Below are positions 35,541 through 48,992 of a stretch of 64,000 bases of DNA, one piece after another (the first letter of the stretch is position 1; every line of letters begins with the position of its first letter). Origin of the DNA: Mobula hypostoma (lineage: Eukaryota); the NCBI RefSeq assembly GCF_963921235.1, contig NC_086109.1:23624001-23688000 (forward strand), in the 5' to 3' direction. The notes beneath the pieces are model-generated. The model did no database searches and had not been told where the DNA came from. It saw only the letters and a program-made list of their open reading frames with translations. The translations under genes were made by a program, and so were the position numbers.

Positions 35541-38384
35541 TAAATATTTGTAATTTATAGATTTTTAATTATGTATTTCACTGTACTGCTGCTGCAAAGC
35601 AATATATTTAACATATACCAGTGATACTAAACCTGTTTCTGATCCTGATTCTGATTTTGATGTGAGATTTAGATTTCCACAGCCTTTTGTCTACCAAAGT
35701 TAAAGTAAGATTCATACATGAATCTTATGCTTTGGGATATTAGGAAAAGCTAAAAGAAATTCTTATTTTTATTTCAAATCTTTCATAAACTCAGACATCC
35801 CATGGTGCGTGACAGAAAACGGAGCATTTGCGTAATCACTGTTACAATGTAGAAACGTAGCAGTAAATCTGAATTAGCTCAATCAAGAATATATTCATTT
35901 TCAGTAATATTATGAAGAAAGAAAGAAGAAAGATTAGTTTTATTTGTCACAAGTATATTGGAACATACGGTGAAATATGTCTTGCATCAAATCAAATCAG
36001 CGAGGGATTATAAAATTTGGTAGAACACTAAAGGTAACTTCTTCAGTTTCAAAGCAGTGTTATGAGGTCCACTACGTTAACCTGAGAGACCAGACAGAGC
36101 TTGTTTAACCCTTTATTTATATTAGTCAGTACCATAATTCTTAGCGTCATGTTATGTATTGCAGGTGGAGCCTAGATTTATTTGGATTAATTGGAAGGAG
36201 GGTGGAGTTTAAAAGCAAAGAATAGTACTAGGTGACCTGCTGGAAATAAACTAGTTAGAGTCATGTAATTGCTGCAACAATGCTATTCACAAATGAATTG
36301 GCAGAAAAGAACCACTGTGATCTGCCTGAAACGCAAACAGGATGACGAAAGTGGCTGCAAAGGTCAGGAAGTAGTGACTAACAGCCACTAAAATGGGCTT
36401 TAAAACCCTGGCATTCCTGGAACTGTGGAGTACTGGGGAAGAGTGAACTATAATAGGACAGACTCCACCGAGTTCAGATTTCAGAAGAGAAAGATGCAAA
36501 GTTCATGCAGGGAAGAATTCAGAAACAGTTCAAAGTTCAAGGTAAATTTTATTATCAGAGTACATATACCTCACCATATACCAGCCTGAGATTTGTTTTC
36601 CTGTGGGAACACTCAGCAAATCTATAGAGTAGTAACTATAACAGGATCAATGAAAGATCAATGAGAGTGCAGAAGACAACAAACTGTGCTAATGCAAATA
36701 TAAATAAATAGCAATATATAACAAGAACACGAGAAAATGAAATAAAGACTCCTTAAAGTGAGAATAAAAGGAATAATAAAAGAGGAAGTTTGTGAGGAAT
36801 AGCACAAATATATCCACCAAACCATTAATGGGTTAACCTGGTTTAGTTAGGCAAACTGCAATTATGTCCTTAAGGCAGATATATTAGCATACACAAAACT
36901 TCTATTATCTGACAAATCGTCTCATCAGCTCTATTTCCTCTCGTCATTGCATGCCTTCCACCTGCGTGTCCATTCTTCATTATCAGGAGAAAGCTGCAGG
37001 CTTGTTTGATTGGCACTGTGCATATGCAGCTTTACTGGAGCCTCTGTGGGGAGAGGCGAGCACAAGATGTTGCCTTTTCCTTCCATCCCTCTCCAAGATT
37101 ATCATCAATTTTACATGCCATGTTCCCAAGCACCAGACTTCCCCGTCTATCAACCATAGCGAATTATGACACATGTCGGCAAGTGACATCAATCAATTAA
37201 TGACAGAGAGGGTTTAAAGACTCCGTTCCTGTTGACCTGTCACTCAAACTACAAGCTGGTGTGTGATGTTAACCCTTTCATTCTATCCATCTTGAAATGA
37301 AATCGCATTATTTTTCAGCCTCAAACGGTTTTGTGTGCTTTCCTTTTCTGCTACATCTTTAACTCAGATTTAACTGTTTGTAATGCAATATATGTGGTGT
37401 AGGATTGAAGAGCTCAGACCAGTATTCTCCTCTTTAACTATTGCTGCTGTCCACAGGTCCCTGAATAACTTGCTGTTGGCTTTCCTTATCTGTGAATGAT
37501 AGGATGGTGGAGCAGACTTGATGGGCAGAATGGCCTGTGGGTTCATGGACTAATGGTGTCTCTCTGGTTATGAATGGTGATCACTGTCAAGAAATCCCTG
37601 ACAATTTTTTCCCTACCCACACCTTAGATCTTGCCAAAAACCTGCCGAATTAATTATAGGATGAATTTACCTGTAATGCCTGTACATCCTAGCTGGCGTT
37701 TTGCCCGAGTACCAGGAATTCTATATAAGATTAAGGATTTCATATTTAAGACTGAGCTAAAGAGAAAGGTCTTCATCAGAATCAGAATCAGGTCTAATAC
37801 CATTGGCATATGCCGTGAAATTTGTTGTCTTTGTGGCAGCAGTACAGTGCCACATATAATAAGAGAGAGAAAAAAGTGAATTGCAGTAAATATATATATA
37901 TGTATTAAATAGTTAAATTAAATAAGCAGTTCAAAAATAGAAATAAAAAGTAGTAAGGTAAAATTCGTGGGTTCAATGTCCATTCAGCAATCAGCTTTGG
38001 GATTCTAACGTTTTCCTATCATATGGGGTTTTTCTTCTGTTTTGGGGATGTCTGCGAAGAGTAAGAATTTCAGGTTCTGTATTGTATACATTCTCTTATA
38101 TTAAATGGAACCATTGAACCATTAAGATGGCAGAGGGGAAGAAGCTGTTTCTGAATCGTTGAGTGTGTGCCTTCAGGCAGCTGTACCTTCTCCCTGATGA
38201 GAACAAGGCATGTCCTGGGTGATGGGGATCCTTAATGATGGGTGCCCCCTTTTTGAGTCATTGCTGCTTGCAGATGTCCTGATACTATAGAAGCAAGTGC
38301 TCTTGATGGAGATGGGTGAGTTTACAACTCTTTGCAGCTTATTTTGATCCTGTGCTCCCATACAGATGGTGATGCAGCCAGTAG

Positions 38385-39008
38385 GTGGGAGGAGAAGATG
38401 GCGGCGTGACGCAGCGTGCGCAGCTCTCCTGTGAAATGATATCGTACCTGTACGTAGGATGCCGTGCACAATTCTGATTTGATGGAGACAGACGTGAGAA
38501 GCACGGAGGAACATCTGGAGAAACTTCTGAAATGCCTGGTTTGCTGCCGCTGCTACTGGGCGACTGAGATTCTCCGGAGGGAAGGCCCCAAAATCCTCAG
38601 CTTTACCCGCTGCTGGCGACCGAGGCTGGGGTCGAAGCATTCGGCAGATGTGGTACTCGGTACTCGGTGTCGGAGGCTTGAAGTTTTTGGATGACTCAGA
38701 GTTGGACTGTGGTCGGGCATGGTAGGGAGAGTTTTCTTCCCTCTCCCGTCTGCGTGAGATGCGGGACTTTCAAGAGACTTTGAACTTTTTTACTGTGCCA
38801 ATGGCCTGTTCTTCATCAAGTTATGGTATTGTTGCACTGTTGTAACTATATGTTATAATTATGTGGTTTTTGTTAGTTATTCCAGTCTTGGTCTGTCCTG
38901 TGTTTCTGTGATATCACACTGGAGGAATATTGTATCATTTCTTAATGCATGCATTACTAAATGACAATAAAAGAGGACTGCGTGTCCTCATAATCTAATC
39001 TAATCTAA
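38385..39008 (+). mobile_element. Non-coding retroposon (about 620 bp) with a (CTAAT)n tail, inserted in a Rex1 fragment
   Basis: High similarity to the minus-strand copy at 59006-59620 and a 3' fragment at about 60735-60985. Confidence 0.75.
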
Positions 39009-42000
39009 ATGCTCACCATGGTGACATACCAAATCTCCTCAAACAAATGAAATATAGCTGCTGTTGTGCCTCCTTTGTAGCTGCATAAATGCCCAGGAAC
39101 TTGAAGTTACTCACTCTTTCCACTTCTGATCCCTCTAAGAGAACTATAAATTTTTGGAATTCTGAATTCGATTTGAGTTATGGATACTCAGTCATTATAT
39201 ACAGTGAGGCCAGAATGAGGCCCTATATATTTTACTTTTATGCCTTTTCCTAACATTTACATGTGATTATAAATGTGCATATAAATAAAATGAATGGAAT
39301 TTGAAGGTGATTGTGTTTAATCTTCTCAAAAGATAAAACTCATGGGGCAATTGATGCAAGAAGGAATCGTTGACTCATCATGAAAGGCCAAGATGTATTT
39401 GTAAAAAGTACATCATGTCTGTCAAATGTAACAATGCTATTTGAAAATGTAACAGGATGTATTGAGAAAAGGTACAGTAAGCATTTAATATATGCATTTG
39501 ACAGATGAATAAATTGCAATGTGAGGGAGTTGGCACAACTATGATGGATGGCCCCTTCCATAAAATTCAATGATTTTGTTAAACTAAAATAAACTATTTG
39601 ACAGAATTAAAGAAATTTTCTTCTTCCACAATACATTGGGCCATAAATTATATTTTAACGTGTCTATTTAAAGGCTCTTAAGTCGAAACAAAATGGACAA
39701 AATTTGGGCAAGAACAGGCATCATTCCAACTGCAAGCAATTTGCCAAATCTTTGTAATGAGGCCTTATTCCCAACTTCAAGTGAACCCTAGATTTTCGTC
39801 AGGTGAGACCATTTGGCTAAAAATAAGCTATCATTGGTTATTTTATCAGATTGATTTCAACGATACTTGAGCTGTTTAGAGCAGTTCTATGAGGTCTATG
39901 TTTCTCATACCACTCACATTAGCCCAAGGATTCCTTATGGTGAAATGTGAACTACAATGTCCTCCTGATTTCCTGGTCAGTGTGATACAAAGGATCAACA
40001 ATCCTCTGCCATTCTTAGACCAGAGGGCTATCTGGTCCCTCCAGACTCAAAGTACAATAAATGCAAGCTGGATCTATCATTGAATAACATTGAGTAATTG
40101 ATACCAATCTGATCTGTGTATCAATGGAGTACAATACTTGTAGGTATAGGCATGCTGTACTATCTATGTAATTACCAGGAGGCTATGAGGATGGTTTTTG
40201 GAGCATTGGGACCAGCACAGCTCCTTTACCCAGCTAAATTAAACTCCCTTACGTGTGCAGGAAAAGTTATCTTTCTAAATGTACTTCAGTTGTTCCCGCA
40301 GCCAACAGAAAACCTCAACTGATAAATGACCTTAAAAGAAAACAGTCTCTGAGATCTCACAACTTCTGTTGGAATGCACTCAATGCCCTACAAGGACAGG
40401 CCAACTCTTGATGGCTTACCGTTAGCCTGATCACACCTAGTAACCGGCTTGAGTGATGATTGTCTGCGCTTTAACCCTCATTCTCATGAGGCCATGGAAG
40501 ATGTAGATTGCTAATGCTAACATTGAATTACGACTGCTTTACCAGTCAGTTGAACAAATATTACATAGCAGTTAAAGACAGTGTTTTATTTCATTTTTAA
40601 TTTAGAGATACAACAAGGTAACAGGCCCTTCTAGCCCGGGGCTTCCGGGGAATGCAGTCACGAAGAGAATATAGGTCAAAAAAGCGAGCCGTTACTCTCC
40701 CTCTCATCTGTTGCTGGAGTGAAATCTCCCTCTTCCTCATTAGTAAGAAAGAGAAAGCCTGTCTGAGATGTCGGACTGTTGGGACAGATGGTAGCTTCTG
40801 ATGGACTCTAGATCATGGTCTCTGGGGGGCTTTGCTATTGTTTGCATGGTGGATGGTGGGGGGGGGGCTGATACTTTCACTGGAGTAAGTGGGCGGAGGG
40901 GGAGGGTTGATGCCTTTGCTGCTCTTTGGGAGGGGAAGTGGGGTCTTTGGGCTTCTAACATTTTCTGGTATTCATTCTTTGGTGTTTTTTCTTCTGTTTC
41001 GTGGATGTCTGTGAAGAGTAAGGATTCAGGCTGTATACTGTATACATTCCCTGATATCAAATTGAACGATTAACAGTGGTAAGATTTGAATGCAAGTCGC
41101 TGTTACTGTAGTAGCATTGTGCTAACTGCCATGCTACAGTGCAGTGCCAATGTACCGGTTGTTGTAAGTCAGCTGCTGTATGAGAATAGTAGAAAACTGA
41201 TTAATATGTTGGCTACCATATTACATTGGTCTGCAGTAACTGTGGATTCGGGTATACATTACTGTTGGACAATATTTACTATTGTCTAACAGCTGGACTA
41301 ATAATTTAAGGGAGAATAGCTTTGGATATCAAAAGATACACAAATTACACTGCAATTATGTGCAAGTAAAACTGTCAAGTCTCACCTGAAACATTATTCT
41401 GAGCAGGTTTTCTGATTCTGACAGTCCTGTTTTGTTTTCAGTAATTCAACATTCAGGGTGGGTGTTAGGAATATGACTAATATTCACATCACTGCCAATA
41501 TAATAATCCTACCCTACAAACACTGAAAATGGCACATCTTCCATTAACAAGAAAGCAATCTCTCCTTCAGACAACTGGGAAACCTGAGGAAGGAGAAATA
41601 AATCTGGTGAAATAAAGTTAAAACCTTTCAGGAAGCCAAAGGCAAATGATTGGAGTTTGACTTTCCAAATCAGTTTAACTGGGGAAATGGAGATCAAGGC
41701 ATTTTAAGGAGCTCGTAAAAGGTCTCTTGGTGTAATCGTGAAAGAAATTATTCAAACGCTTTCAAATTAAGCAGAATTATTGGTTTCAGTTTCCCATTTG
41801 TCAAACCTTTAGATCTTCGAATACACCTCAGATGAGGACCGCCTCGATCCCTGTCACTCTGTTCACGGATCTGCTCTGTGGAAACTCATTACCATCTTCT
41901 CCCAGCTGTGTGAATGAGCCTTGCTTTATTATGCAGGAATATTAATCTTGAGTTGTCTTATCGGCTCCCAAATCACACAGCTGTCGTGGCTGGCGGCGTA

Positions 42001-44102
42001 GGACCCAGAGGCTGAAGGTATTCACTTTTTCTGAGAGATTTGCTTTCAGCCTTAACATGAACATCAAGAAAGTGTTTTGTTTTGTGCTGATGTTACTCTG
42101 AATGACTCTGCCTTCAACTTTTAAGGAGTGCCTGTCAAGCTTTGATTGAACTGCTGTAACTGTTTAGAGAATGAAGACAGACAACCTTTCTCCACAACTC
42201 CCTGTCAGTCTTCTTTCCTTATAGCTGTGACTGGAACCAGGACATCAGCACCTGCACCCCACCCACAACATGTCCCGCTGGATCTCCGCCATGCTGCCTT
42301 CTACTGACCTCCCATTGGCTCAACTACCACTGGCCACTACATCAACCTCAAAACACTCAATTTTGTCTTCAAATTCCTCAACGGATTTTCCTCCTCTGCT
42401 CTCGCTACCTCTCAGATGTCCTCCCTTCTCATCTTACTACTCTGTTTGATCTTACTATTCTATTTCAATTCATTTTTTTGGATAAGGACTCATTTGGCCA
42501 AGTACATCTTTATTCAGTTTTGAAAAATGGTATTGCGCATCCTGGAGCAGTGAAATGCATATTGTGGAGTCTCTAATGTATAGGAGCCCAAAAGATGACA
42601 GAAAATGGTTGACTCTGTCAGTGCCAACATCAGTAGAGCTCTCCCACCATCGTAGACATCTCCAAGATGCTGGAGGGTGGCGTCCATCATTTATGTTTAC
42701 CAGAAATTTGCTGCTGCAAAGAGCTAACTTTAATGGCCTTTATACCTTATGTTTTCACACGTACGTAAACTTAAACCTGAACGCAACCTTATTTATTTAG
42801 TTATCCATTGAGACACAGCACGGAATAGGTCTTCCGGCCCTTTAGTCCTCCAATTTAATCCTAGCCTAATCACAGGACAATTTAGCTCTTTGGACTGTGG
42901 GAGGAAACTGGAACAGTCGGAGGAAATCCGTGCAGTCACGAGGAGAACGTAGAAACTCCTTACAGGCCACGGCGGGAATTGAACCTTGGCCGCCTGTACT
43001 GTAAAGCACTGTGCTAAGATGGCATGCACTTTACAAGGCATTGTGACAAAGTTCTACAGTGCTGCTTTTGTCCTCATGGGTTAGTGATTCCTGAACCTTC
43101 CCCCTTCCTAGCTCGGCAAGTTATGGCAAAGTTATCACACTGTCCCACTTCATCAACCTCTCACCTGGAAACACTAATAAGAATTCAGGAGAACAGCAGC
43201 AACACTTCCTGGCCTCCCTCTCTCAATTATTTTGTCTTCCTACCTCTGTTGCAAATTTCTTAAAACTTACAGATGCCTCCAGACACTGTATAGACTTACA
43301 TCATTGAATCCTACATCACAGAGAAAGGCCAATTGGGCCAAAGTGTTTTTGCTGGCTGTCTTGAAATGTTTGTCTCTTGCTTTTTCCATTGTTCTAGACT
43401 GACTTGAGTTTGGATCACCAACCATTTTCCCGATAGATATGAAGAGCTTTAGGTGTATTTGCAAACAGTACTTCCATTTAGCATAATATTGCACATTATG
43501 TACAGTGCAAGAATGGACTTCTGAACCAATTAGTCCACAGTGGTGTCTGTATTATGGATAAGTTTTTCATCTATCTTCCCAGCATTATCCAGTTTCCACT
43601 TAAGTGCATGTCCACTGGTCCCTCAACTACTTTCAATGGTAGCCTATTTAAATATTATCATAATCTTGACATGCTCTATCCAATCTTCCTTCATTCTTCC
43701 TTTTGTCTAAAAAAGGAGCTCCTATATATTCAATCTTTTCTGATAGTTATAGTCTCTAAGTGTATATCTTTCTTATGCTTTTATGTCCTCCTATCAGAAC
43801 AGATATCAGAACTGTTCAAAACAATCCAACTGTGATTTGACTCAGTGTTCATGCAGGTTTAGCATAACCTGCTTGATCCTGGAAATTAACCTCACTCTGT
43901 TCATGTTGTTCCAAAGGCATTAGCCGGTCCCCAGCACACTACTTATTTATTGTGTGCAGAATGGCAAATATCAGTAGGCACTTCAACTGAAAGGACTGGA
44001 ACAGCAAATCCAATACTGTGTTTAGGTTCCGGTTATTTGTGTGTATTTTTGAGAGTCATTTTGAGAACAGCTCAGGTGGGACCATCCAAATCTGCTGGAA
44101 GC

Positions 44103-44193
44103 CAAGTACTCCTATTGGGTGAATCTCTGAATAGCAAGTACTCCTATTGGGTGAATCTCTGAATAGCAAGTACTCCTATTGGGTGAATCCCTG
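44103..44193. repeat. 32-bp tandem repeat, about 2.8 copies
   Basis: CAAGTACTCCTATTGGGTGAATCTCTGAATAG starting at 44103, 44135 and 44167. Confidence 0.95.
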
Positions 44194-45004
44194 CTCATCA
44201 TATCTTGACCACTGTAGACTGATCCAATAAGAAACACCATGGAATTATCCAAATCATGGAGCCATAGGGATCAAAATTCATCCTTTGTTATACATGTAAA
44301 ATGGAGATCAACGTAGCACTTACAAATTGACCTCTGCTTCCAAAATTCGGTTCTCTTGAAGTTAATGCCACAGCAACTCCATTGCAAAAAGAGTAGAGTA
44401 GAAGAAGTTTCTAGATTAACAGAGATCACGTTTCAACAAATTTACTGTTTTAAATTAATTACACACTTTGAAATAATTTAAGGAAAGACCAAAATGAAAA
44501 TCAAGATTCCATCTTTTTCTATTAATTGCAGTAACTATGATGGTTGAGGTAACCTTTAAATTTTTTAGAGGGTGCAGGAATGATTCAATTAATATTTAGG
44601 CCTATGACTCATCTGTGAACAGATATAATCAATTAAGGGTTGAGGCAATAACCAGCAAATTAAAAAATGAATGAAGAGATAGATTGGCATGGTCAAGCTT
44701 TCAGTATTCAGTTCCCTTGTTGCCAGGACAATAACCAAAGGCTCAGAGGGATCAACAGTTTTCTGCCAGAGTAAACAATGCAGTTATTCTTGAAGAGGAT
44801 TGTGGGAGTGAAGGATATAAGAAGGAGGGCTGGTTTTAAATGCACTCTGTGGTATTGAGGATGAAACAGATGCCCACTGATGTCTTTAATAGATTTCCAT
44901 TTTCCTCAAGCAATCACTTTAGTCCTCCCTCCATGGCGAAAACGATTGGATAGGATAAAAGAGGAGCCCCTCATTCAGTCTCTGTCTGGAACACAAGATA
45001 CTGA

Positions 45005-45034
45005 AAGACACACACACACAAACACACAACAGAG

Positions 45035-45091
<57 letters not shown>

Positions 45092-45402
45092 TACATAGAC
45101 ACAAACGGGCATAAATACACATAAATAGATACTCCTGTACAAACCACACAAGGCACACTGTGACACACTGTGACACACATGCACAAACACTGTGAGATAC
45201 ACACAGAAACACATCACGTAGACACACACACAGGTACACATATACATGTGCAGGGACACAGGCGTAGACACAGAAGCACATACAGAAACACCGTGACACA
45301 CATGCACACATACATTTGCACAAACACATATGCAAAAATCACATGTAACATGCATAGGCATAGAGATACTGATAAATAGACACAGACACAGGCAGACAGA
45401 CA

Positions 45403-45450
<48 letters not shown>
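45005..45450. repeat. Compound (CA)n microsatellite / low-complexity tract
   Basis: Two pure CA runs with a degenerate CA-rich spacer. Confidence 0.95.
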
Positions 45451-45690
45451 AAAAACAAGTATACAGGGCACAGATTCTCCCAATGCTCCCATTCCGTCTG
45501 GACACCACTGGGTGTACCCACCAAATCAGGGAAGCTGTATTATTTGTGTCCACTGAGCTCATTTGATCCATTTAAATGTGATCCGGGCCTTTGGACGGTT
45601 CTTTCCTTTCGATTCTAGTTAAACTCAACCCTGAAAAGATGTCCACCCCCTTTTGCATTTAACTTTTTTGATGGAAACATGTCTTTCTTT

Positions 45691-45915
45691 GTTTGATGCT
45701 GCAGTGTTTGCCGAGCTTGGCAATTAGCTTGCAGACGTTTCATCACCAGTGGAGGTGACATCCTCAGTGCACAGTTGTTGGTGTTTCTCTTTGGGAGTGC
45801 TAGTGTTTACACTCCCAGAAAGAAACTCCAACAACGTACTGAGGATGTCACCTCAACTGGCGATGAAACGTCTGCAAGCTAATTGCTAAGTTCAGCGAGC
45901 TCCACAACATCAGAC
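45691..45915. mobile_element. Fold-back element carrying two divergent hammerhead motifs (second PLE-like family)
   Basis: Arms 45691-45799 and 45810-45915; each reads CTGAGGA-T-GTCACC..GG(T/C)GAT-GAAAC-GTC-TGCA outward. Confidence 0.75.
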
Positions 45916-47460
45916 ACCTCAACCTCAAGCGACCAATTCTCACCGCCTCCTAAATGTCTTCATTGAGCTGGGATAAGAGAACCAGAGGACAGCTTGCAAG
46001 CTATTACATTGAAACAAAACTTGATCTAGTGGACAGCCCTTGTTATCACCAGTTAATGGGCTCATCTAACATACATCAATGAAGTAACAGAATCTCTGAT
46101 CAATGTTGTTCTTGCAACATTGACGCAATTAATCTAAGAAAAATGTTCATGCAGACGTGTCAAAGAGCTTTGGAGTCACACAACATGTAAACAAACCCTT
46201 TACCTCATCACGTCCATTCCAACCAGTGAGTGTCTACATGACGTGATCCCATTTTCCAGTGCTCAGTTCAAGGCATTTCAAGTGCTCATGTCAGTACTTT
46301 TAAAATATTATGAGAATACCAACCACCAGCATCTAGCAAGCATGTTGTTTCAGTTTCAGGGTGAAAAAAAAAATCCTTCCTCAAGTCCACTCTGGATCTC
46401 ATATCCTTCACATTTATTGTAGCTCCTCTTGTAATAAATACTGTTATTAAGGGAAAATCTTTCTCAGTATCTATCCTATTTGTGCCCCCATAATTTCATA
46501 TACCTTGACTAGGTCCCCACCCCCATTAGCGTTCTCAATTTCAAGGAAAACAAACCCAGCCTTTTCAATCTCTCCTCATATATGAAGCTGCAATCCCACG
46601 TGGCATCCTGATGAATTTCCTTTGTACTTTGTTCAGAGCAATCACATCCTTCCTCTGGTGTCATGCAAGTTGCTCAAGCTGTGGTCTAAATAACACAAAT
46701 AGAATGCCTAATATATTGCAGCTGTAATCATCTCATACTGAATGTCAATGAACCCAAGGCATGCCTTCTTCATGATTGCATCAATCTGTTGGGCCCAGGA
46801 TTGATCTTTTGAGATATTGACTCCCATGGACTTGAAACTATTCACTCTTTCCACCGCTGACCCTTGAGGATTGGTGTGTGTTCTCCTGATGTCCTCTTTC
46901 TGAAGTCTACACTTGTTCCTTGGCCTCGCTGGTAGTTTCTGTGAGGTGTTGTTGAGTTAGCACTCAAACAGAGCATTCATCTCCCTCCAATATGCCTCCT
47001 CGTGGCCACAGTGTTGTCATTGGCAAACTTATAGATGGCGTTTGAGCTGTGCTTAGCACAAATCCTTGAGGTTCACCTGTATTGATAGTCAACAAGGATG
47101 AGATCAAGTTCAAGTTTAATTTTCCTTCAACCGTACATGAATACAGCCAAACGAAACAGCGTTATTCTGGGGCCAAGATGCAAAACACAGTACACTCACA
47201 GTGCAAGACACATATGTTATTCTGATCCACACTGACTGTGGTCTCCTAATGAAGAAGCTGAGGAGATGATTTGCCAGTCTCATTTGTGAGTCCGCGATGG
47301 AGAGGGTTAACAACTTTATGTAGTTGCACCAAAACCTGCTGACTTTTGTATTCTATGCCCAAACTAATGAAGCCAGGTATCCCATTTGTCTTCTTAACCA
47401 CCCATCTACCTGCACTACTATCTTCAGGTTCATTTAGACATGTACACTAATGCCCTCAGC

Positions 47461-47660
47461 TGGCCAGTGGTGTAGTGGCATCAGCACCAGGCTCCGAGGC
47501 GAGTGGTCCTGGGTTTGAATCTGGCTGGTTCCTTGCAAGCTCTCTGTCTGTGTTGGGTCCAGCATTGAGCTAGCAACTTGGCCTTAGAGAAAAAGAGACA
47601 AATGTTAAGGAAGTGGTAAAAACTGCCAACTGAAAGGTCACCAGACACAAAAAGGAACAA
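47461..47660 (+). mobile_element. tRNA-derived SINE
   Basis: A-box TGGTGTAGTGG and B-box GGTTTGAATCT, followed by a non-tRNA body shared with 1-190. Confidence 0.7.
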
Positions 47661-48337
47661 AAACTAATACCTTTAGTTCTCCTAAATGCACTTACTGCTG
47701 TAAGAGTATTGACTTATTTTCCAGCAATTGTACATGAGATCGAGGAATAAAGCTTTGCTAACCATTCAGCTACCTTCTTTCGGTTTTTACCACTGTTTTT
47801 TGCCTTGGTACTTTTACCAAAATCCAACATAAATCAAAACATCTCTTGCCTCTGACTCGTCACCTTGTTGAAATAAAGATTCATTATTTAGTTTCCTGTT
47901 CTCCATTCCACAACAAAAAAAGCTGCATAGCAATCTCTGTCGTTTCTGGTTCATGGAGGTGCAGGGTTTATGAGATGAATCCAAGAAATCAGGACGAGCT
48001 GGAACGTGCACCGTGGTTGACATGGACTGGATGGGCCAAAGGGCCTAAGTTAGTACCGCGTTGGTCTATGACACTATAATGATTCTAGTGGGCCAGATAG
48101 TGCCCAGTCCAGCTCATGCCTCACAATAGGATTGCTGCATTATACCTATCTGCTGTATCTTCAGAGAGAAGCTGAGCTTAACGTTGCAACCATTCTGGGA
48201 AGAAGAACAAGTAAGAACCAGTGGAATCTGATGATCAGCTCCCAAATCATCCTAATGTTCTCCTCATTTAAATATTTCTAATGACCAGAGACATTAAAAA
48301 AAGTTCAAAAAGATGGAAATTTTTTTTAAAAGATTAA

Positions 48338-48992
48338 AACAAGGTTGACTGTGTGGTTAAGAAGGCATATGGTACATTTCCCTTCATCAACCATGGGATT
48401 GAGTTTAAGAGCCGAGAGGTAATGTTGCAGCCATATAGGACCCTGGTCAGACCCCACTTGGAGTACTGTGCTCAGTTCTGGCCACCTCACTACAGGAAAG
48501 ATATAGAAACTATAGAAAGGGTGCAGAGGATATTTACAAGGATTTTGCCTGGATTGGGGGCATGCCTTATGAGAATAAGTTGAGTGAACTTGGCCTTTTC
48601 TCCTTGGGGTGACAGAGGATGAGTGGTGACCTGATAGAGGTGTATAAGATGATGAGAAACATTGATCGTGTGGATAGTCAGAGGCTTTTTCCCAGGACTA
48701 AAATGGCTAACACGCGAGGGCACAGTTTTAATGCGCTTGGAAGTAGATACGAAGAAGATGTCAGGGGTAAGTTTTTTACGCAGAGATTGGTGAGTGCGTG
48801 GAATGGGCTGCCGGTGACGGTGGTGGAGGCAGATACGATATTGTCTTTTAATAGACTCCTGGATAGGTATAAGGAGTTTAGAAAAATAGAGGGCTATGGG
48901 TAACCCTAGGTAATTTCTAAAGTAAGTACATGTTCGGCACAGCATTGTGGGCTGAAGGGCCTGTATTGCGCTGTAGGTTTTCTATGTTTCTA
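48338..48992 (+). mobile_element. CR1 LINE 3' end
   Basis: LVRPHLEYCAQFWPPHYRKDI and GDLIEVYK..QRLVSAWNGLP; tail TTTCTATGTTTCTA. Confidence 0.92.

Noticed and set aside
44103..44193. 32-bp repeats resembling CRISPR repeat length
   Set aside because: Head-to-tail with no spacers, eukaryotic context and no cas genes; a simple tandem duplication.
44880..45571. Long Cys/Val- or His/Thr-rich ORFs
   Set aside because: Artefacts of (CA)n low-complexity sequence.
47461..47535. tRNA-like sequence
   Set aside because: The cloverleaf is degenerate and it continues into a SINE body shared with other copies; not a tRNA gene.
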